A stretch of DNA of 64,000 bases from a virus (lineage: Duplodnaviria; Caudoviricetes), in the IMG/VR virus record IMGVR_UViG_2562617158_000001, positions 13,029-77,028 of that record; one strand, given 5' to 3'. Position 1 is the stretch's first letter. Each line of letters opens with the position of its first letter. Below the pieces are notes generated by a model. That model was not told the origin of the DNA, searched no databases, and saw nothing but the letters and a program-made list of their open reading frames with translations. This document shows, piece after piece, positions 57,301 to 64,000 of the stretch. The position numbers were made by a program, and so were the translations under genes.

Positions 57301-58246
57301 GAGGTGAATGTTATTGAACGCTGTAAATGTCAATAAGATTCAAGGAATCCATGGTGGTAAATTCACCCATACGAAACCCAATGGGATGACCGTACACGAT
57401 CTTGTATGGGAACTACAGAAATATCCATCGGATGAAATGGTTTATATGTACACAGAGAACGGTGACATGGTTCATGTATGCCGTGCTATGAAGGATAAGC
57501 GGAGGTTGGTTCTGTTTTGATTACAGGGTTTATTTTTGGATGGCTTGGTTCATCTATCACGATTCTGTTGATACTAGCGTTATTTTATGGAGAGTCAAAG
57601 CATGATTAACGTAATTCTCGGGGCAGTCACAGCCCTCATTGTCTTCACTATTTTAGGACATGCTACTGCACGGCTAGTCAAGAAGAACAAGTACGAGCCA
57701 AACGATTATGTCTATGTGAAGACCATTGGCGGCCCACTATTAGCTAGGGTAGAAAAAGTGGTCTGGGAGAGTAGTGTTTCCCCGTTAGTCACTGGTCCTA
57801 TCTATCATCTCTACTATGTGGAGTCAGAAACACGTACACATCTCTTAGAGAGTGCTATTCTGTGTAAATTCAAAGGGGAGCGGTTGGTCAGCAATGAGTA
57901 ACGGTGGGTATCAACGTCCTATCATGAAAGTTCCCGGTGAATTTTCATGGGCAGTTGTCCAGTTAATCAAGTGGCGGGACAGTGTAAAGGACAGGAGAAA
58001 GGCAATGGCTATCCAACGAGTCATTGATAAGAAGATAATGTGGGCAAGAGAACACCACATGGACCAGTCACTGTATATGTATTGCGTTGGTTGCAGATAT
58101 GATTTGTATGGAAGGAAGTGGGGTAAATGATGCATTTAGTTGAATCATATGTTGATTGGTTTGTGCTTGCAATCGTCGTCGGGTTCGGCTTTGAACTTGG
58201 CGGTGCGCTATATCATATTGTAATCAGTAAGATTCACAAGGAGTAA
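51324..58246 (+). other. array of about 25 small hypothetical genes, including Cys-rich, SH3-like and single-TM microproteins
   Basis: overlapping ATGA junctions and RBSs throughout. Confidence 0.65.
54287..54958 (+). CDS. protein with C-terminal DUF3310 (SaV-like) domain
   Basis: VDHPSYYQGRIEVIDFI..GFNLGNCVKYISRAGKK..EDLNKARWYL. Confidence 0.8.
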   Translation: MSDWTYHTGDIITFHLPDGDVKMRILGIEYDREIILNHSNAFTNPLARLYDVDIQWDEQGKPKHLRGTVNEWWLSRVVKESRVDVEHGNHNGGNKMKYNVGDEIRFNGTVYRITNIVDDNYVIRDEINRIDFNIPCPTIDIHAIAIKKPVEKPKDPAVDHPSYYQGRIEVIDFIEDKHLGFNLGNCVKYISRAGKKNPDKLIEDLNKARWYLDREIARIEKEK

Positions 58247-58251
58247 TTTCA

Positions 58252-60540
58252 ATGTATATCTCATTACATAACCATAGTGACGGCAGTCTACTCGATGGCT
58301 ACCAGACTGTACAGGAAATGGTAGCCCGTGCAAAGTCATTAGGTATGCCTGCAATCTCTCTGACTGACCATGGAACAATGCGGAATACCATTCGTTTCTA
58401 CGAGGAGTGCCAGAAAAACGACATCAAGCCTATTGTTGGCTGCGAGTTCTACTTCTGTCCCGATGTGAATATCAGGGATAAGTCACTGACACACCATTTG
58501 GTCATCCTTGCAATGAACGATGAAGGATACATGAACCTCAAGAAACTCGATACGTTTGCGTACAATGAGGACTCGTACTACTACAAGCCCAGAATTGACT
58601 GGGAAGCCCTGCGGGAACATAGTGATGGACTCATTTGTCTGTCTGCATGCATGGCGTCCATTGTCAACACAGAGAATGGCGAGGAGTGGTTCGAGAAATA
58701 CAAAGAGCTGTTTGGAGATCGTTTCTATGCAGAGATTCAGCCGCTCAACCTCGAGAAACAGTGGGAGTACAACGACAAGGTCATTGGATTGGCACGGAAA
58801 TACGATGTTCCCCTTGTTGTAACAACAGATGCTCATTACTCTATCCCAGAGGATAAGGTATATCATAGCCATTGGATTCGTATCAATGGCAACCAGTATC
58901 ACGATGACGAGAACTACATCTGGTCAGATGACGAGATACGGAGCACAAAGTGGATTCCACAGGATGTTATTGATGAGTGCATCGAGAACACAGAACACAT
59001 TGCGAGCCTTTGCAACGTCACAATCCCCGACTCTGGTAGTCACTATCCAAAGTATCCCTGTTCCAATCCTAAGGAAAAGGTAAGGGAAATCTGTAGGAGG
59101 CACTGGAAAGAACTTGTGCCGAAAGGGAAATACAAGGAATACGCTGAACGCTTTGAGATGGAGATGAAAGACCTTGAAGCAACGAATTACCTTGAGTATC
59201 TACTGATTATCTGGTCTGTATTGAGTTGGTGTAAAGAACAGCGTATTCCGTTGGGAGAAGGCAGGGGTTGCTCGATTTCTGGAACCAAGGTTCTTATGTG
59301 GAATGGCACAGTGAAAAACATAGAAGATATTGTTGTTGGCGACAAGGTTATCTCTCATACTGGTCAGATTCGTGAAGTAACCAATACGTTCAAGTATGAG
59401 GTCAATGAGCCAATGATTCAGGTGACGGTTGAGAAGAGAAATCCAATGACGTTCACTTGTGACCATAAAATTCTCGTATTCAGAGGATCACGTTGCCACA
59501 AGAAAGAATCAACTGGGTATAAGTATTGCAGACCTACATGTTCACAGTCTTGTCGAAAGTATGGTTCATACGAATGGATTCCAATGGATGAAGTAGAGAA
59601 GGATGACCTCGTATGCTTCCCGCAGGTTCGTTTACCTAAACCCCAGCAGACAAGAATAGATGTGAAGGAACTATTCCAAGATGTCATTGAGAAGGATGGA
59701 TACGTTAATGTATTTAGTAATGATGCGCAGTGGGAAAAAGGAAAAATTCCTCGATATATCGACATTACTCCAGACCTTTGCAGGCTCATTGGTTATTTCA
59801 TTGGTAACGGATGGGCAACAAAGGGCACGCACAAAGATGGGGTTTCGGGAGGATATAAACTCGGCATTGCTTTTCCGACAATTCATATGGAATACGTAGA
59901 GGATTGTCGCAGATTACTCAAGCAGATATTTGATGCAGATACCTCGGTTAAACCAAACAAAAGGAATACTTGTGTCCAGATACATTGTTATAGAAGTATC
60001 ATCGCCATGCTTTTTGCCAAGTTGTGCGGCGTCCATGCAATCAACAAGCACATCCCAGATATTCTAATGGTTGATAATCCATCATGGACAGTACATTTGC
60101 TTGAAGGATTGATGAGAACCGATGGTTCTGTGGCGGGAGGTAGAACAACATACGATTCTATTTCGTACAACCTTGTCTGTCAAATCAAAACTCTGTGGTC
60201 GTACCTGGGGAGAGACGCAGTGATTAGAATTAGGAACGTAACGCATAAAAACTGGCATACGTCTTATAAACTTGTCCTGCACTCGACGTCGAGATGGCAC
60301 GGAGACAACATGTTCCACACCGAGGTGAAGGATGTAAAGCATATTGATAATTTTAAAGGATATGTTTATGACTTCACTACAGATGTAGACCATAGCTACA
60401 TTGCAAACAATACGGTTGTCCATAATAGTTCAGCCGGATGTCTCGTTGGCTATCTCATGGGTATCCATAAGATTGACCCGATAAAGTACCACACGGAGTT
60501 CTTTCGGTTTTGCAATAGAGAGAGAAGAAGTCCAGCAGAT
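58252..60540 (+). CDS. dnaE: DNA polymerase III alpha subunit, exon 1 (PHP domain plus intein 1)
   Basis: LHNHSDGSLLDG, TDHG, GCEFY, TTDAHY, GRG|intein|SSAG, ends SPAD. Confidence 0.95.
59269..60426 (+). mobile_element. intein 1 (386 aa) with LAGLIDADG endonuclease
   Basis: C1 CSISGTKVLM, block B TCDHKIL, LIGYFIGNG and LLEGLMRTDG, terminal VHN followed by Ser. Confidence 0.93.
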
Positions 60541-61522
60541 AAATATTAATGTCGAGCTGCTTGGAAACAAGTGGTGTTAATTCTCGTGAACGCTTAATTC
60601 AGCGGTGTGGGGGAACTCCCTGCTAACGGTGGAACTCCTTATGATTAAGGACAATACCGTGCTAAGTAATTTCGCAACCTTGTCATCTACAGAAAGGATG
60701 ATGAGGATATATAGAAATATTCCTGGGTATGACGGGAAATACATCATGTATGATAATGGAGATGTATGGAATGCCATATCCCAAAAGAGAATCTTACCCA
60801 AGGTAAGAGGTAAGATGAAATTGCCTAGTTATCGGCTTTATGACGCGAACGGTGTTGGGCATGTGAAATCAGTTGAAACATGGTATTCGGTTGTATTTCC
60901 AGAAAAAGGACATGAACGAAAAAATGGATTCATGGATATACCAGGGTATCAAGGGCTATATGGTATCTCTACTAGTGGAGAAATATGGTCTTACAGTAAA
61001 AAGAGAGTCCTAATATCAAGTCCAACAACAACATGTCCTTACCTCTGCATCAAGTTATCGCTCAACAATAAAGTACATTACGAGTTAGTTCATAGGTTAG
61101 TTGCTATGACATATATTCCTAACCCAGATAACCTCCCAGAGGTTGACCACATAGATAGGAATATTATGAATAACAATGTTAGTAACCTAAGATGGATTAA
61201 TCGAATTGGCAATCTAAAGAATAGCTCATGCGGGTTAGTTCGAAACTTTCGAGAGTGCTCATTGTTTTACAATGGAACGTTCGTCGGAAGGTATCAATCA
61301 ATATGTGAAGCAAGTAGGGAAGGACATAAGCTGTTCGGAGCTTCATATAGTGGGCTTAATAGGAATCTTAAAAGTAAAGGCTGCGAAATTAAAAGTGTAA
61401 CGACTAGTCCGTTGGGACGTAGGGTGGGGTAATGAATTACCACTCGAAGTGCGAGATACCTAAACCAGAAATGGCATGGTAAAGAGATAGTCTAATCCCT
61501 GTGGTAACATAGGGTAGTAATG
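60541..61522 (+). mobile_element. group I intron (982 nt) in dnaE
   Basis: exon ends in U; P/Q-like ggggaactcc..gacaataccgtgctaag; R AACGACTA; S GAGATAGTC; P9 CCCTGTG-GTAA-CATAGGG; terminal G; the splice restores SPAD|VDSD. Confidence 0.92.
60698..61432 (+). CDS. intron-encoded NUMOD4-HNH homing endonuclease
   Basis: two IPGY(D/Q)G.Y NUMOD4 repeats; VHRLVAMTYIPNPDNLPEVDHIDRNIMNNNVSNLRW. Confidence 0.92.
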   Translation: MMRIYRNIPGYDGKYIMYDNGDVWNAISQKRILPKVRGKMKLPSYRLYDANGVGHVKSVETWYSVVFPEKGHERKNGFMDIPGYQGLYGISTSGEIWSYSKKRVLISSPTTTCPYLCIKLSLNNKVHYELVHRLVAMTYIPNPDNLPEVDHIDRNIMNNNVSNLRWINRIGNLKNSSCGLVRNFRECSLFYNGTFVGRYQSICEASREGHKLFGASYSGLNRNLKSKGCEIKSVTTSPLGRRVG

Positions 61523-64000
61523 GTTGATAGTGATCTCTCTACATTAAACCGTGGACGTGTCATTGAACACGTCAAAGAGATGTATGGTAACGTCTGCAAG
61601 GTACAGACACTGGGATACACGAAAGACCCTGATAAACCAAGCGCAGGCAAAGAAGCTGTACTAAAAGCATGGCAGGCACTGTTCAACAAGTACAAAGACA
61701 ATGCCCCTATGATTCCTTGTGAAGAACAGGGTGGCCTTATGATTGACCCGTCATGGGAATACAATCCGAAGTTCAAGACTGAGGCATCAAAATACGTCGA
61801 GTCTTCCATTGATGATTTACAGGACGCACCCATTTCACTCAACGAGGAACAGAAAGCAGAACTCATTGATGTGGCAAAACATTTCTGTGGACGCATCGAC
61901 AAGATTGGTGTTCATGCATCGGCTGTCCTTGTCACTCCAGATGACCTCGTGAACTATACACCAGTAGAAGGATGCTATTCCAATGATACATCTACGAAGA
62001 AGCGCGAATACATCCGTACTGCATGTTATTCATTCCATGAGTTAGAGCAGCGTGGCAATCTCAAACTGGATTTGCTTGGACTCAACACGTTAGACCTCAT
62101 CGACAAGTGCATGAAGTACATCGGCAATGACATGAACCTCGATGACATCCCGATGGATGACGTAAAGGCGTATGAGATGTATTCCAACGGCAACCTCGAT
62201 GGAGTGTTCCAGATGGAGTCTCCTGGTATGCGCAAGGTTGCCAAGGAGCTACACGTGTCATGCTTTGATGACGTTGCGGCACTCGTCGCTTTGTACCGGC
62301 CAGGCCCTCTTGACTCAGGGATGATGCAACAGTACATCGACGGAAAGAATGGTGCTGCTGTAGATTACCTCTGTGATGCATATAAAGAGGTCACGAAGAA
62401 TACATTCGGTGTCATTGTCTATCAGGAGCAGTGTATGAAGCTCGCTATGAAGATGGCAGGGTACTCACTGGGCGAAGCGGATATGCTACGTAAGGTCATT
62501 GGACGCAAGGAGATGACAAAGATTGATGCTGCGGTCAAAGAGTTCATCACTCGCTGCATGAAGCATGGGTATTCCCATGAGGTTGCAGAGAAGGTTGGTA
62601 TGCAAATCAAGGCGGCGGGCCGATACCTGTTCAACAAATGCCTGAGTGGCCGTGAGTGTGTTGTTATGCATACAGGAGCAAGGACGAAGCGGTCTATCCG
62701 TGAGTTGTACAGGTTCTTTCACGATGACAAGTATAACAAACGCCAGCTTGACCCTTGGAATGTCAATGGCGTCAAGGCGTGTTCGATGGATAACGATGGC
62801 AAGATGGTGGAGAACTATATTGTTGACGTTAGAGAGTCTGGTATCATGCCCGTGTTTATCCTTGTAACAGAGTCTGGAAAACAGGTAAGATGCACGTTGA
62901 ACCATAAGATTCCAACACCAGATGGAACCAAGTTGTTGGTGGAGCTGTCCGTTGGGGACTCTGTGTATGTATCTGATGTACTCAATACACACATTGAGAA
63001 GGTCTCGGCTATCTCCTATGAGTGCGACGAGATGTGCTACGACGTTGAGATGGATGACCCATATCACAACTTTGTGACTAGCAATGGTATTGTCGTATGT
63101 AACTCCCATTCTGTTGCCTATGGTCGTCTCTCGTACAAGACGGCGTACCTCAAGGCTCACTACCCTGTACAATTTATGTGCGCTTTGTTAAATACCAAGG
63201 ATAAGCAAGAGGATATATTGCCGTATGTTGCCAACTGTAAGGCCATGGGTATCCGTATCCTTCCACCGAGTCTCTTTGAAGGGAACCGTGAGTGGGAGAT
63301 TGTCGGCAACAATGCAATCCGTGTCGGACTCACGTACATCAAGGGTGTTGGCAAGAAACTGGTCACGGAGAAGTACGGTGCGTTCAATGACAGGGAAATG
63401 CTTACAACATGGAAGGACATTGTGGCATACAATAGCAGCGATGTTGTGAAAAGCCTTATCAGTGCAGGAGCATTGGACTTCCTGAAGAAGTCTCGTGGTT
63501 GGATGATGGGCAACCTACTGGAGACTCAGAGATTCACGAAACGCATGGCGCAGTGCGAGGAGAGGTTCAACTATTATCGTGACCAGTATGATAACGCAAC
63601 GAATGACAAGGACAAGGCTCGGGCAATCCGTATGGCGAATCAGTGGAACGACAAGATCAATGCAACGATTCTCCACGAGAAGCCAGAGGTTTCCTTTGAT
63701 AACGCCGCAGGAGAGATGAAGGTGCTTGGGTTCTCTTTTTCGAGTCTGCCTGACATCCTCACAGGTATTGCATCGTCTGTCCATGAGATTACAACAAAGA
63801 ATGGCAACAAGATGGCATTGGTTACGTTCAAGACCGACTATGGAGACTTCAAGGGTTCCATCGCACCATTCCTGTGGGGACAGGGCAAGACACGGTATGG
63901 ACGCAGCAAGCTGTTTGTTGTTCAGGGGAAGACATATGATTTCATGCTGAAGAAGAATGGCCAGTATACGGATATTGTCGATGTAAAGGAAGTGTGCTAA
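61523..64000 (+). CDS. dnaE: DNA polymerase III alpha subunit, exon 2 (includes intein 2)
   Basis: VDSD, GVHASAV, LKLDLLGL, GVFQMES, LYRPGP, YQEQ, FNK|intein|SHSVAY; stop TAA at 63998-64000. Confidence 0.95.
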   Translation, partial: VDSDLSTLNRGRVIEHVKEMYGNVCKVQTLGYTKDPDKPSAGKEAVLKAWQALFNKYKDNAPMIPCEEQGGLMIDPSWEYNPKFKTEASKYVESSIDDLQDAPISLNEEQKAELIDVAKHFCGRIDKIGVHASAVLVTPDDLVNYTPVEGCYSNDTSTKKREYIRTACYSFHELEQRGNLKLDLLGLNTLDLIDKCMKYIGNDMNLDDIPMDDVKAYEMYSNGNLDGVFQMESPGMRKVAKELHVSCFDDVAALVALYRPGPLDSGMMQQYIDGKNGAAVDYLCDAYKEVTKNTFGVIVYQEQCMKLAMKMAGYSLGEADMLRKVIGRKEMTKIDAAVKEFITRCMKHGYSHEVAEKVGMQIKAAGRYLFNKCLSGRECVVMHTGARTKRSIRELYRFFHDDKYNKRQLDPWNVNGVKACSMDNDGKMVENYIVDVRESGIMPVFILVTESGKQVRCTLNHKIPTPDGTKLLVELSVGDSVYVSDVLNTHIEKVSAISYECDEMCYDVEMDDPYHNFVTSNGIVVCNSHSVAYGRLSYKTAYLKAHYPVQFMCALLNTKDKQEDILPYVANCKAMGIRILPPSLFEGNREWEIVGNNAIRVGLTYIKGVGKKLVTEKYGAFNDREMLTTWKDIVAYNSSDVVKSLISAGALDFLKKSRGWMMGNLLETQRFTKRMAQCEERFNYYRDQYDNATNDKDKARAIRMANQWNDKINATILHEKPEVSFDNAAGEMKVLGFSFSSLPDILTGIASSVHEITTKNGNKMALVTFKTDYGDFKGSIAPFLWGQGKTRYGRSKLFVVQGKTYDFMLKKNGQYTDIVDVKEVC
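62639..63103 (+). mobile_element. intein 2, mini-intein (155 aa)
   Basis: FNK|CLSGRECV, block B TLNHKI, block F YDVEM, terminal VVCN|SH; no endonuclease. Confidence 0.92.

Overview
The whole 64 kb window is part of a large tailed dsDNA phage (siphovirus-type tail). The host is probably a diderm Firmicute (Negativicutes-like); this is an inference from sigmaA-type promoters, Firmicute-style RBSs and a spanin-like gene after the amidase. Layout: nucleotide/RNA metabolism genes (RNA ligase, HNH-dUTPase fusion, ThyX; 1-4.1 kb). Leftward early/accessory cluster with a BRO antirepressor, tyrosine recombinase and RadC/JAB protein (4.1-13.1 kb). A ~2.4 kb mostly non-coding switch region with repeats (13.1-15.5 kb). 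PhoH, a frameshifted PAPS-reductase-like gene, an antirepressor and a tRNA/ncRNA island (15.5-20.1 kb). Terminase-portal-capsid-tail-lysis module (20.5-51.2 kb). Many small genes, then a DnaE polymerase (51.3-64 kb). The most unusual observations are: (1) a resident tRNA-Gln-like gene split by a cassette carrying a different tRNA-Gln(UUG) plus an HNH nuclease whose stop codon sits at the old anticodon; (2) a tRNA-shaped RNA with hairpin insertions in both the D loop and anticodon loop; (3) a perfect 24-nt parallel (non-reversed) complement pair downstream of a thrice-repeated promoter-like motif that precedes non-coding, structured segments; (4) a group I intron in the tape-measure gene; (5) a dnaE carrying two inteins and an HNH-encoding group I intron; (6) a G7 tract frameshifting the PAPS-reductase-like gene. 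All calls come from manual motif recognition; no database searches or folding programs were run.
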